Below are positions 26,418 through 36,985 of a stretch of 38,459 bases of DNA, in pieces. The position numbers were made by a program, and so were the translations under genes. Source of the DNA: an uncultured Roseburia sp. (lineage in GTDB: Bacteria; Bacillota; Clostridia; Lachnospirales; Lachnospiraceae); assembly GCA_964437435.1 (NCBI GenBank), contig CAYTGS010000001.1, forward strand, positions 1 through 38,459. Direction: 5' to 3'. Position 1 is the stretch's first letter, and the number at the start of each line of letters is the position of its first letter. The notes beneath the pieces were generated by a model. That model was not told the DNA's origin and did no database searches. It saw only the letters and a list, made by a program, of their open reading frames with translations.

Positions 26418-27671
26418 TTAGGACTGTGTTTTATATACCTGCAAATAGTTTCTCGAAAGCTTCTGGTGTGTCATAAGAGCCATATCCGCCTTTTCCTTTG
26501 CCTTTACAACTATGTCATCATAATATTTTACAAAGGTGTCAGCCACTATACCCTCGTATTTACCTGATATAATTCCCATATTCAGGTCTTCCATTATCTG
26601 TTCCTTTGTATGAGCCTGACGGTATGGCTTATCCTCCATTGAATTTGCCACATGCTCTGATATCTGGAGTATGGCATCCTTTGTATTCATTCCGCTCCCC
26701 TTAAGTCCCCTTGGATATCCGTTTCCATCAAAGCGCTCATGATGCGAGGCGGCTATCTGTATTATTTCGGGCGAAATCTTATTTTCAAGCACCTTTTCCA
26801 TAATATCCACATGGGTCTTTATGAGGTTTTTCTCCTCATCATTGAGTTCCCTTGGCGAGCCAATAAGCTCAGCAGGCAATGCAAGCATACCTATATCATG
26901 TAATAATGCGGCATAATAAACCTCGTTCTTGTCAGCCTCGCTAAGCTTAAGCTTCCTACCAAGTTCACGGCTTATATATATAGTGGCAACCGTCTCCGAT
27001 ACCATTTGCTCATTTTTAAGACCCGTACAGTACATAAGCATTTTCATGTATTTGTCCTTTTCATCATCGGACAAAAGAACATAATCAAGCATCTCACTCA
27101 TTTCACTTTTGTATGATTTATCCCTAATCTTTGTGAAGATATCACAGTCCTGCACAGTCTTTTCCAAAAGTGAACAAGCGTTGGTGTCAAACTTAGTTCC
27201 CGCATAATTATTTATCATCTTATAATCAAACTTTTCACCAAATGAGCCATACCATACATCCATAATTTCAGCTACCTTTAGCATCTCAAGTTCAAACTTG
27301 AAACGATAGTTTAAATCCTTTGTCTTTGTGTAATCGGTATGGTGATATAGTATAATTTTTGACTGCTCCTCCAAAGGCGAAAGATATTTCAAAAACAGAT
27401 ATCCGTATATTGTATGCGGCACCGGTTTTTTGGCGTCAAACGTAAGATGCTTACGCACGTCATCAGTCTTGTACGCACCTATGTCATGAAGCAGGGCAAG
27501 CGTCATAAAATCCGCTATTTCGTACTTTTCATACACCCCCCTGGTCTCCATCATTTTTCCCATTATGTAGCTGACCCTCGCACTGTGGTGAGCCATTGAT
27601 TTATTCATAAGCCTGATTGTCTCATAAATCAAATCTATCATGTTCCTGCTTGTTATATATTCCACTGCCAT
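26418..27671 (-). CDS. Tandem HD / HD-GYP domain phosphohydrolase
   Basis: Two LLHDIG motifs; HHERFDGNGYPRGL; KPYR. Confidence 0.85.
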   Translation of the reverse strand: MAVEYITSRNMIDLIYETIRLMNKSMAHHSARVSYIMGKMMETRGVYEKYEIADFMTLALLHDIGAYKTDDVRKHLTFDAKKPVPHTIYGYLFLKYLSPLEEQSKIILYHHTDYTKTKDLNYRFKFELEMLKVAEIMDVWYGSFGEKFDYKMINNYAGTKFDTNACSLLEKTVQDCDIFTKIRDKSYKSEMSEMLDYVLLSDDEKDKYMKMLMYCTGLKNEQMVSETVATIYISRELGRKLKLSEADKNEVYYAALLHDIGMLALPAELIGSPRELNDEEKNLIKTHVDIMEKVLENKISPEIIQIAASHHERFDGNGYPRGLKGSGMNTKDAILQISEHVANSMEDKPYRQAHTKEQIMEDLNMGIISGKYEGIVADTFVKYYDDIVVKAKEKADMALMTHQKLSRNYLQVYKTQS

Positions 27672-27692
27672 TATCTTTCCCCCTGTTTTATA

Positions 27693-28181
27693 TCAGATAA
27701 TACTCAATTCCATCGGTGTATATAAAATGCCGTCATTTAATTGCATTCTGTCCGTATCCACAAAGCCTATACGGTGATAAAACCCTACCGCATAGGGAGC
27801 CGCATTTACCGTAATGGCATGGTGGCCTTCCTCGTTTTTAACATATGTACTTACATAATTTATCAGACATCTCCCAACTCCCTGTCTATGGTACTGTTCC
27901 TCAACAAAGAGAAGCGAAATATGTGTTTCATTCCTAAGACTAATCATTCCTATAAGGTTATTATTGCAGACTGCCACAAACAACTGGTATACTCCCATGA
28001 CAAACATCCTGTGCAGGACAGTGTCCGTTATAAATTCCTGAAAGCTGTCTACACCTTCCTTAGTATAATCACAGGCTTCAAATTTCATAAAGGTTCTCCA
28101 TGCAAGCGCCATTGCGTCATCCCATTCCTCACGGTAAGCAGGTCTGACTAAAATTCTCGCAGGTTTCAATATATTATTCAA
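27693..28181 (-). CDS. GNAT family acetyltransferase
   Basis: LFVEEQYHRQGVGR, TVNAAPYAVGFYHRIGF. Confidence 0.9.
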   Translation of the reverse strand: MNNILKPARILVRPAYREEWDDAMALAWRTFMKFEACDYTKEGVDSFQEFITDTVLHRMFVMGVYQLFVAVCNNNLIGMISLRNETHISLLFVEEQYHRQGVGRCLINYVSTYVKNEEGHHAITVNAAPYAVGFYHRIGFVDTDRMQLNDGILYTPMELSII

Positions 28182-28230
28182 ATTTTAATATCATCTCCCA
28201 ATGTTTTCAGATAATACACTTTATTATAAC

Positions 28231-28261
28231 AAAAAAACACAGACCTTTTCAAGTCTGTGTT
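28231..28261 (-). terminator. Intrinsic terminator after the HPr-like gene
   Basis: AACACAGAC/GTCTGTGTT stem with a T run on the minus strand. Confidence 0.7.
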
Positions 28262-28272
28262 CACATTTTATA

Positions 28273-28527
28273 TCATCCACATATAAGAAATTTTTCAAGA
28301 GCCTCTACTGCTTCGCTTTCATCATTGCCATTTGCCTCTATAGTCACATTCATTCCCTCAGATGGATTAAACGCAATTATTCCCATAATACTCTTTGCGT
28401 TGATATGATATTTATCGTACTCTATGAGTATTTCACTTTTAAACTGGCTTGCTATCTGAACTATCTCAGCCAATGGATGTTCATACTTTTTCTCAATATC
28501 TTTTACCATAACTTCCTTTTTCAACAC
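28273..28527 (-). CDS. HPr-family protein lacking His15 (Crh-like)
   Basis: NAKSIMG (Ser46), ANGNDESEA; GLHARP replaced by KKYEHP. Confidence 0.85.
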   Translation of the reverse strand: MLKKEVMVKDIEKKYEHPLAEIVQIASQFKSEILIEYDKYHINAKSIMGIIAFNPSEGMNVTIEANGNDESEAVEALEKFLICG

Positions 28528-28676
28528 TGCTTATCCCTCCATATAAATAGTATTATTACCTACTTCCCTGTACGCTAACAATTTGTATTGTGTCCCATTT
28601 GGAGTTAAAAGTCAATGTTTTTTTACCAAAAAAATACTCATTTACATAAAATCCGTCTTTTTCACGAAAAAACAAG

Positions 28677-31124
28677 CTATTTTAGATACTTTATTAGTAT
28701 TTTTTGCAAAACATCTATATCAATCGGCTTGGTAAGATAGTCATTAAATCCCTTTTTAATATAATCCTCTCTTGCACCCACAACCGCATTGGCTGTAAGC
28801 ACGACTATCGGTGTATTATGGCTTACGTTTTCCTCATGCTCCTTGAGGTATCTCATAAGTTCTGTTCCGTCCACCTCCGGCATCATGTCATCTGTCAGTA
28901 TCAAATCATACACATTGGCGCTTAGGTGGTCTATTGCCTCCTGCCCGCCATTGGCTCGCTCAACATGTATATCAAGCATTTCCAATATAGAAGCTATTAC
29001 ATCCAAATTCATCTCGTTGTCATCTACAACGTAAATGCTCTTTCCCGGGAACCTCATGTTTTCCAACGATTCCATGTCTTTCTCGGCTTCTTCGTTTGAC
29101 AGTATTTCAAAACGTTTTTTGTAATCTCCGATAGGCACATCCGACACTACCTTCTGCGGTATTACGGCAACAAACGTTGAGCCCTTTCCATATTCGCTTT
29201 CAACATTGATTTTGCCATTCATAAGTGTAATGAGTCTCGAAGTTATGCTAAGACCCAAGCCCGTTCCCTCAATGTTGTTTGTCTTCTTGCGGTCTAATCT
29301 CTCAAACTCTTTGAAAAGCTTCGACATGTCTTCTTTTTTAATTCCAATTCCGCTGTCAGACACCCTTATCACTAATTCTATCCTATCATCATCAAGGAAA
29401 TTTTCCGGCTTATTAAATGACACGCTTAATTCAATCCAGCCATCTTTTGTGTATTTTACTGCATTTGTCATCAAATTTATAATAATCTGTTTAATACGTA
29501 CCTCATCACCCCTGAGCACGTCTGGAATACCACTGTCTATATCAAGCCTGAACTCTAACCCGCTATCACTCGCACGTCCTTGAATTAAAAGCACAACATC
29601 ATTCAGCGTTGACGAAAGGGAATAGTCCGTTTCTATTATATCCATTTTTCCCGTTTCAATCTTTGAGAAATCAAGCACATCATTTATAAGTGCCAACAAT
29701 GTCCTTCCAGCACTCTGTAGATTTGCCGAATATTTTCTTATCTTGTCATAATCCGTCTCATGCATTATAAGCTCGTTCATTCCAAGCATTGCATTTAGCG
29801 GAGTCCTTATCTCATGGGACATATGTGACAGAAATCTGCTCTTTTGCTCACTGGCATCCTCCGCCGCCTTTTTATCCCTCTGCATAATTACATGGTCTGC
29901 TTCCTCACGCATACGGTTAAACTCGTGGCGGCTCCTGACTATCCATATAAGCATACACATACAGAATATGATTAGCCCATATCCGAAAGCAATGGACGCA
30001 GGATACAGTATCCCCCACCAATACGCCAATATACTTAATACGGAGGTAACTATAATAGCCCCATATCCAATTATAACCTCTATTGCCGGCATTGTCTTCT
30101 CCTGTATAAAGCTTATTATACAGCATACTATGCCTGCAGCAATTATCATATGTACAAAAACATAATAGCGTGAAAAATTCCATGCCAAAAACACAAACGT
30201 ACCTATGCTTGTAAGAACCATTAAAAAGTTTATCAAAGCAATCACGTTATACCTCATATGTCCTGGGAAAAAAGCGTCCCTGGTAAACAGTATAAATGGC
30301 ATAGGAAGCGTAAGCAGCGACAGGTTGCTAAGCCAGCTTACCACGGAGTTTTTCTCAATAAAAATCTCCATTGCACCGCTATTCATACTTATATATACAA
30401 TCGAGGCTATCAAAAATGAGGTCATCCATTTCAAGGAAACCACATCATGTACCTTGTTTGAAAATATTGGTGAATAGCTCGTTATTATATTCAAAATCAC
30501 CATGACAACTGCTATTAGACAGACTATCAAGCTGCTTTTGGATTTTTCGATAATAAACTTTACAAGGGCATACCTATCACCAATTGCAGGATATTGAAGA
30601 ATAGTAAAATCCTCAATAGTTGTCATGTCAATTGTAATCCTGTCGCCCTCTTTTATACCGTATACGGAAAACTGATGCAGCATATACATTGTCCTGGTAT
30701 ATGACCTGTACGCCTCCTGATAATGCCTTTCATACCATACATCACCATTTACATATACAGTTACATCCTGTGACCTCGCCCTAAAGCACATATACTCATC
30801 ATCACTTGGAGTATAATCCATTATTTTGGTAATCGTAACATGGTCATTTTGCGTTCGGAGTCTTAAATAATGCTCCATATGGGAGACAATGGGAACATTT
30901 TCCCTGTCCTGTGCCGCCTCGTCACTATAATACCAGTTATCCCCAAACCATACGTTATTGTTCTTTAACCCCTTAAAATGCGGCTGTACCGGAGAACCCA
31001 CACACACCCACACCGTCATAATTAATATGAATATAAGAAATACATTGTATATTATCTTTGTAACCTTTTCCTTGTCATAGCTCTTGATTTTATCATATGC
31101 CCTTTTTAACATACAAACCCCCAT
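28677..31124 (-). CDS. Hybrid sensor histidine kinase (extracellular domain, ~7 TM, HisKA, HATPase, receiver)
   Basis: FLSHMSHEIRTPLN, NAVKYT, DSGIGI, GTGLGL, GKGSTF; receiver VVDD..DDMMP..LTA..KP. Confidence 0.93.
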   Translation of the reverse strand: MGVCMLKRAYDKIKSYDKEKVTKIIYNVFLIFILIMTVWVCVGSPVQPHFKGLKNNNVWFGDNWYYSDEAAQDRENVPIVSHMEHYLRLRTQNDHVTITKIMDYTPSDDEYMCFRARSQDVTVYVNGDVWYERHYQEAYRSYTRTMYMLHQFSVYGIKEGDRITIDMTTIEDFTILQYPAIGDRYALVKFIIEKSKSSLIVCLIAVVMVILNIITSYSPIFSNKVHDVVSLKWMTSFLIASIVYISMNSGAMEIFIEKNSVVSWLSNLSLLTLPMPFILFTRDAFFPGHMRYNVIALINFLMVLTSIGTFVFLAWNFSRYYVFVHMIIAAGIVCCIISFIQEKTMPAIEVIIGYGAIIVTSVLSILAYWWGILYPASIAFGYGLIIFCMCMLIWIVRSRHEFNRMREEADHVIMQRDKKAAEDASEQKSRFLSHMSHEIRTPLNAMLGMNELIMHETDYDKIRKYSANLQSAGRTLLALINDVLDFSKIETGKMDIIETDYSLSSTLNDVVLLIQGRASDSGLEFRLDIDSGIPDVLRGDEVRIKQIIINLMTNAVKYTKDGWIELSVSFNKPENFLDDDRIELVIRVSDSGIGIKKEDMSKLFKEFERLDRKKTNNIEGTGLGLSITSRLITLMNGKINVESEYGKGSTFVAVIPQKVVSDVPIGDYKKRFEILSNEEAEKDMESLENMRFPGKSIYVVDDNEMNLDVIASILEMLDIHVERANGGQEAIDHLSANVYDLILTDDMMPEVDGTELMRYLKEHEENVSHNTPIVVLTANAVVGAREDYIKKGFNDYLTKPIDIDVLQKILIKYLK

Positions 31125-31143
31125 ACCGCCTATATATTCATGT

Positions 31144-31908
31144 TTAGAAAGTTACATTATTCTCATCCAGCTTTATCCACATATATCCTATTCCATACAC
31201 GGTTTTAATATAATTTTCGGCACATAATTCATTCACAAGCTCGCTTACCATCTCAGCCAAAACCTCATCATCTATAAACGCCAGTCTGCTCTGGTCTCTA
31301 AGCCTGTCAACAAGCGCACGTTTTTTTAGGACTATGCCCCTGTTATTTATAAGCGTATATAAAATATGCTCTTGAACATCATCCAATACTACCTTGCGTC
31401 CTCCGACACTATACTCTCCCATTTCAAAATCAAAGACATAGTTATCTATTACAACCTTTTTCCTGTCACATACATTTACGACATTTTCCATGCTTTTAGC
31501 ATCCGAACGTATTCCGGAGAAAACTGCGTGTGCCTTTTTTTTCCTAGTAAAGATTGTATATATTTTTGCCTTGAGCACGGCAGTGCTGAAGGGTCTTGTC
31601 ACATAATCCGTTATACCCCTCTCTAATATTTCAATATAATCGGGTCTTTTGTTATTTGGCATTATTGCAATTATACTGACATCCTTTGATTTATATATTC
31701 CTAATCCTATTTCATATATCAGGTCATATCCATCGCCGTCATTTAGCTGTGTATCAATAATGGCAACGTTATAAATCTGGTCCTCCAATATTGCGGTTGC
31801 GGACTCCATAGTGGCACAGCTTGTAACCTCTGTCTCTATACTGCTAAATGCCCTGTACAATTTTTCAGAAAGCGTAAAATCAGACTCTACTATTAAAATC
31901 CTATTCAT
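31144..31908 (-). CDS. OmpR-family response regulator, atypical receiver
   Basis: RILIVESD, IIDTQLNDGDGY, DYVTRPFS, C-terminal IKTVYGIGY winged helix. Confidence 0.8.
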   Translation of the reverse strand: MNRILIVESDFTLSEKLYRAFSSIETEVTSCATMESATAILEDQIYNVAIIDTQLNDGDGYDLIYEIGLGIYKSKDVSIIAIMPNNKRPDYIEILERGITDYVTRPFSTAVLKAKIYTIFTRKKKAHAVFSGIRSDAKSMENVVNVCDRKKVVIDNYVFDFEMGEYSVGGRKVVLDDVQEHILYTLINNRGIVLKKRALVDRLRDQSRLAFIDDEVLAEMVSELVNELCAENYIKTVYGIGYMWIKLDENNVTF

Positions 31909-31951
31909 CTTATCATATCCTAACAGTGTATATTTATTTAATAAGCTAAAT

Positions 31952-31978
31952 CAGTCTCCCGACTTTATCAGGAGACTG
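31952..31978 (-). terminator. Hairpin after the MCP gene
   Basis: CAGTCTCC/GGAGACTG stem; weak U tract. Confidence 0.45.
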
Positions 31979-32010
31979 TATGTTTCATCTAAAGTTTACA
32001 TCGCTACCTA

Positions 32011-33753
32011 TTAAAGATTTACGAACCTGTCAGCCTCTGCCTTTAACTGGACTGCTATATCGCTGTTCGTTTCCATTTGTCCTGTTATCTGGGTTATTCC
32101 CTCCACAAGCTCATTTGTATTAACGGCAGATGTAGTTATAGCGTTTGTACTTTCGTCAATAGACATTGTAATTCCGTTTATCGCATCAATTATCTCAGCT
32201 ATAATCCTCTGTAGGTTAGATGACATTGTCTCAAAATTAGCCACTATTGAATTTACATGTACAGCGTCCTCCCTGTACTGTTTTCCACTGTCAACAAAGG
32301 TATCATAATCAGGAATTATATTGTCATTGATATAATTTATAATTTCATCAGAGCTCTTAACAAGCTCCCTCACTGCTTCTGTAACCATATTATTTATATT
32401 CTGGATATTGCTTGCAGTTTCACGGCTGGAATCGGCAAGCTGCCTTATCTCATCGGCAACAACGGCAAATCCCTTTCCTGCCTCACCTGCCCTTGCAGCC
32501 TCTATTGAGGCATTCAATGCCAAGAGGTTTGTTTGGGAAGATATGCTCAGGATATCATTTGTAAGCTCGTTAACCCTGTCAACACTCTTAGAGTCATCCA
32601 TTGCCTTTTTGAGTGAAGCAATTATTCCATTAATAACCTCGCTTGCATTATTTTTGTTTTCCACTGCCATGTTTTCAAGCTCACTTGCCCGTTTCTCCAT
32701 GTCATTAGCATATTTAACAAGGTTTGCAGAAGCCTGTGCTATCTCGTCCACATTTGTACCCACATTTGATGCATTTTGATTTACGTTTGCAGCAGTTGCC
32801 GAAACCTCCTCCATTGAAGCTGAAAGCTCCTGCATTGCCGCTGATATGTCACATGAGCTTCCGTTTGCAGTAGATACGCTCTTTGTAACCTTATTTACTA
32901 TTGAGTCAAGGGAGAATGCATTCTCCGTAATTTTTCCTATTATTTTTTGGAGTGTCTCTATAAATACGTTTATGCTTTCTGTAAGCTGTGCCAGCTCATC
33001 CTTTCCGTCAACGCTTACCCTCTTTGTAAGGTCTCCCTCACCATTGTTTATCTCATCTACAATTTCCTTAAGCCTTGAGTTTATTGTACTTATAGGTTTA
33101 AGTATCTCTCTTTGGCACAGGACAATTGTACATACTGCTATAACTACTCCTATGAGAAGCATTATAATACCCAAGCTTGAAGCTGAATAATATACTGTCT
33201 CGCTAGAATCAACCGCAGATGCCATTGCCTCCCTCTCATAATTCTTTAACTCATCCAAGATATCTTCAATATTATCGCTCAACAGTGTCAATTCACCGTT
33301 TGCCAAGGCTATGGCTTCATCATCATTGCCACTCCTGCTTTCCTGCAAGACGGTACTCAATACCTCTGTAAACTCATTAAATGAAGCCGTGTACTCATTA
33401 TAGAGGACATCCTCCTGTGTGCCTGTATCTATACTTGCCGCAAACTTCTCCATATATTCATTAATCTCATTATATATATCCGTTGATGAACTTTCCAGCT
33501 TTTCGCTTTCCTCGTCAGTGTCAGCCACTATGTGGGCATATCCAAGCCCCTTCAATTTTTCAAAATTAGAGTCAATCTGGCTCACCATATATAAGGATTC
33601 CGCATAATTCTCTGTTATATCCGTACTTGAATCCATCAGCCGTTTCAATCCCTGATAATTCATCATTGCAGAAGCAATTATTATAATTGTCAGCACAACC
33701 ACCGGTGTGATTATTTTTAGCTTTACACTTAAATTTTTAAAAAGTCGTCCCAT
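32011..33753 (-). CDS. Methyl-accepting chemotaxis protein (four-helix sensor, HAMP)
   Basis: Two TMs, [51 protein letters not shown]. Confidence 0.95.
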   Translation of the reverse strand: MGRLFKNLSVKLKIITPVVVLTIIIIASAMMNYQGLKRLMDSSTDITENYAESLYMVSQIDSNFEKLKGLGYAHIVADTDEESEKLESSSTDIYNEINEYMEKFAASIDTGTQEDVLYNEYTASFNEFTEVLSTVLQESRSGNDDEAIALANGELTLLSDNIEDILDELKNYEREAMASAVDSSETVYYSASSLGIIMLLIGVVIAVCTIVLCQREILKPISTINSRLKEIVDEINNGEGDLTKRVSVDGKDELAQLTESINVFIETLQKIIGKITENAFSLDSIVNKVTKSVSTANGSSCDISAAMQELSASMEEVSATAANVNQNASNVGTNVDEIAQASANLVKYANDMEKRASELENMAVENKNNASEVINGIIASLKKAMDDSKSVDRVNELTNDILSISSQTNLLALNASIEAARAGEAGKGFAVVADEIRQLADSSRETASNIQNINNMVTEAVRELVKSSDEIINYINDNIIPDYDTFVDSGKQYREDAVHVNSIVANFETMSSNLQRIIAEIIDAINGITMSIDESTNAITTSAVNTNELVEGITQITGQMETNSDIAVQLKAEADRFVNL

Positions 33754-34008
33754 GTATTCCTTCCTCCAACTTTCTATTTGTTACTTAATTGACTGTTAAC
33801 AATAAAATTTTATTACTTTTCATTAAATTGGTCAATTGTTTTATTCAAATACTGTCAGATTGTTTCATTTCTTTTAACTAATTTTGTCGAATTTACACAA
33901 TTTGTAATAAATTAGTACTAATTTCCTATTTGTTTTTTTTAACTTTAGAGTTAATCTTATTCTTAACAATGTTAAAGTTATCTTTTTGATTTTTAAGGAG
34001 GAAAAATT

Positions 34009-34746
34009 ATGACTAATTTTGCTTTTTGTTATGAATTGAATGAGGAACTTGAATACATCTGTGAGGAAGTTGTTAAATGCTTCAAGCTACGTGAAATTGA
34101 AATTGCTGTAAAGATATACCATAACGCCTATGAGCTTCTAAGGTGCATAAGCTGTAACTGCCCCGATATACTTTTCTATGACATGGAAAGCGAGGACGGG
34201 CTTATAAAAGCTGCTGCCATTGCCGCCAAAAGGGTAAACAGCAGCCTCATATCCGTTGTCACTAAGAGCAACGATTACGAGGCTGGTGATAATGACCATA
34301 TACTTGAACCAATATACATACTTCCAAAATTAGACCGACGACATCTATGGACATACGCATTTCTGGCATATGAAACATTTCTTGATAATCATGACTCCTT
34401 TTCGTACTATGTACGCCCTGACTATATACACATTCCACTCAACGATATCGTTTATTTCGCTTCAGAGGGACGGCGCACCCACATAATTTCAGGCGGTTAT
34501 CGAGACACCTTTTATCAAAAGCTTGATGACATCGAAACAATGCTAATCCACAAAAATGCACACTTTATCAGAATACATAAATCTTATCTTGTAAATTCAC
34601 TCTTTATCTCCTGCTACAGCCGTGATTTTGTAACGCTTACAACCGGTGAAAAACTGCGTATAAGCAAATATGAATATTATAGAATTTTAAATAAAAACTT
34701 TATCAATTCCGACCTGCCCGTCAGACGCATTGCTGGATATTGTTAG
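34009..34746 (+). CDS. LytTR-family transcriptional regulator with divergent receiver
   Basis: DIVYFASEGR, FIRIHKSYLVN, GEKLRISK; AGGAGG RBS. Confidence 0.88.
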   Translation: MTNFAFCYELNEELEYICEEVVKCFKLREIEIAVKIYHNAYELLRCISCNCPDILFYDMESEDGLIKAAAIAAKRVNSSLISVVTKSNDYEAGDNDHILEPIYILPKLDRRHLWTYAFLAYETFLDNHDSFSYYVRPDYIHIPLNDIVYFASEGRRTHIISGGYRDTFYQKLDDIETMLIHKNAHFIRIHKSYLVNSLFISCYSRDFVTLTTGEKLRISKYEYYRILNKNFINSDLPVRRIAGYC

Positions 34747-36035
34747 TCATCAGTTTCCTCTGACGCAACTCCGATAGCTACTATGGGGTTCATTTCCACT
34801 AGCGTGTTTCCATAGCTGTCATCCGTAAGCTTTGCACTGTCAAGACCACACCAGCCGTCTCCGGGAAGATTGTCTGAATTATAAATTGCAAATACCTGGT
34901 GCTTGACCGTCTGTACCTGTGATGCCGGGTCAGCTACATATGTAATTCCTTCGTTCAGTCTCTTTGACATTAAATTATATGTATTTCCGGTCTTTACAGC
35001 ATTATCAAGCAAATCCATATACTGTGCCGATTCCTTGACCGTCATGTAATTAACAAGGGTCGGTGCAGTTGTGGAATATCCCGCTGCCGCAAGAAGCCCC
35101 GTATTTTGGAGCAGTGAAAGCGTCTCAACATCAAAGCTGGTACTTACATTTGTTGCAAGATAACTTTCACTATATGCATACGCAACCACACATGTCTTTA
35201 CATTTTGAAATGTAAGATACAAATTATTGTATTCCGGAAGGAATGACTGTAATGTCATGATATACGGACACAGATAACTTGTTAAATAGCAATTTTTCAT
35301 GATAAAATTGGCATCACCGCTGACAGGGACTGTGGTAGGGTCATGAAGAAATACGCAACTTCCTTCACCCATTGAAATAATATCACAATTTTCAAATGAA
35401 ATTGTGTTTTTGCCCCTTGTTCCTATTCCCACACAATGATTATTCTCTGATATAATACGACAATTTGTAAAGCTAATGTTTTTGCCGTATGAATAATTCT
35501 GGTCAATATGAACTGCGTAGCCCTTGTAATACTTCTGCCTGTCCCAGCTATCGCCCACAATACCCGCATTAATCTCCGCTATCTCCTCGGCAGTAAGCTC
35601 CGGAGCTTTAACACCTGTATTCATTCCATATATTGTAAGGTTTGATACACTGCCTGCACCTATCGTCAAAGGTGCCTGCCTATATGAAGCCGAATCGTTT
35701 CTGAGTATACATAAGTCCCTGCTTATTCCAACTATGCTTATTTCCTTGCTCATAATCGAAACCTGCTCCTCATATGTACCCGGATAAACCACAAGCGTAT
35801 CACCGTCCAAGGCAGCGTCAACCCCTGCCTGAATAGTAATAAAATCTCCATTTCCACTCTGGTCTATAATATATTGCTTTGGCTCTCTTTTGGCGGTCGA
35901 TTTCTTGGTGTGTGAGCCTGTATTTGATTTTACAGAAGCAGTCTGTTTTGTGGCATATGTCTTTATCTGTGGAACTCCTGCCACAAAAAAGAGCACTGCT
36001 AACAGCACTGTTAATCTGATTGTATTTTTTTTCAT
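34743..36035 (-). CDS. Secreted pectinesterase-like / parallel beta-helix protein
   Basis: Signal peptide; GNGDFITIQAGVDAA..VYPGTYEEQV; repeated ISFTNC/ISFENC/MKNC strands. Substrate unknown. Confidence 0.6.
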   Translation of the reverse strand: MKKNTIRLTVLLAVLFFVAGVPQIKTYATKQTASVKSNTGSHTKKSTAKREPKQYIIDQSGNGDFITIQAGVDAALDGDTLVVYPGTYEEQVSIMSKEISIVGISRDLCILRNDSASYRQAPLTIGAGSVSNLTIYGMNTGVKAPELTAEEIAEINAGIVGDSWDRQKYYKGYAVHIDQNYSYGKNISFTNCRIISENNHCVGIGTRGKNTISFENCDIISMGEGSCVFLHDPTTVPVSGDANFIMKNCYLTSYLCPYIMTLQSFLPEYNNLYLTFQNVKTCVVAYAYSESYLATNVSTSFDVETLSLLQNTGLLAAAGYSTTAPTLVNYMTVKESAQYMDLLDNAVKTGNTYNLMSKRLNEGITYVADPASQVQTVKHQVFAIYNSDNLPGDGWCGLDSAKLTDDSYGNTLVEMNPIVAIGVASEETDD

Positions 36036-36130
36036 TATAAAGTACCTCTTAATTAAAAAAACAACAACTTTTCATAATAAATATAATACTATTTTATTTC
36101 CATATTTTCAATTTATTTAATTTTACAACT

Positions 36131-36985
36131 TCAATCTAAAACAGTCAGATGTTTAAGGCTTATATCCAATATCGGCGCCGAGTGGGTAAGTGCACCGCTT
36201 GATACATAGTCAACCCCAAGACTTGTGATTGTGGCAATGTTTTCCTTTGTGATGTTTCCTGAACATTCCGTCTCTGCCCTGCCGTCAATTATGCGTATAG
36301 CCTCCGCCATTACCTCAGGTGTCATGTTGTCAAGCATGATGATGTCTGCACCTGCCTCCACTGCCTCACGCACCATGTCAAGGTTCTCTGTCTCAACCTC
36401 GATTTTCCTTACAAATGGTGCGTAATCCCTTGCAGCCTCTATCGCCTGCCTTACACCACCTGCTGCGTCTATATGGTTATCTTTTAACAAAACTCCGTCT
36501 GACAGATTATATCTGTGGTTATGACCGCCACCGATACGAACCGCATATTTCTCAAAAATCCTCATTCCCGGAGTTGTCTTTCTAGTGTCAAGGAGCTTTG
36601 TCTTTGTACCCTCAAGGAGTTTTGAGACGTTCCTGGTATATGTAGCTATTCCACTTAATCTCTGTAGATAATTAAGGGCTGTACGCTCCCCTGACAAAAG
36701 CACCCTTACATCTCCCGTGACAATTGCAAGAAGCTGTCCTTTCTTAACCTCGTCACCGTCATTGACCTTGAAATCAACCTTTGTATCCTCTCCAAGCATT
36801 GTAAATACACGTTCAAAAATCTTAAGCCCTGCAATAACTCCGTCCTCTTTGCATAAAAGCTCTACTTGTCCCTTTTTGTAATCCGGCATAACGGCGTTTG
36901 TCGATACATCCTCGCTGTTGATGTCCTCCTCTAATGCCATTTTAATATATTTGTCAGCCACAAGCTGCATTGTAATTGGATTCAT
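36131..36985 (-). CDS. nadC: Quinolinate phosphoribosyltransferase
   Basis: ALEED, ERTALN, DTRKTTPG, NHRYNLSD, LKDNH, IMLDN, LTHS; start ATG 36985 with GAGGAG RBS. Confidence 0.96.
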   Translation of the reverse strand: MNPITMQLVADKYIKMALEEDINSEDVSTNAVMPDYKKGQVELLCKEDGVIAGLKIFERVFTMLGEDTKVDFKVNDGDEVKKGQLLAIVTGDVRVLLSGERTALNYLQRLSGIATYTRNVSKLLEGTKTKLLDTRKTTPGMRIFEKYAVRIGGGHNHRYNLSDGVLLKDNHIDAAGGVRQAIEAARDYAPFVRKIEVETENLDMVREAVEAGADIIMLDNMTPEVMAEAIRIIDGRAETECSGNITKENIATITSLGVDYVSSGALTHSAPILDISLKHLTVLD

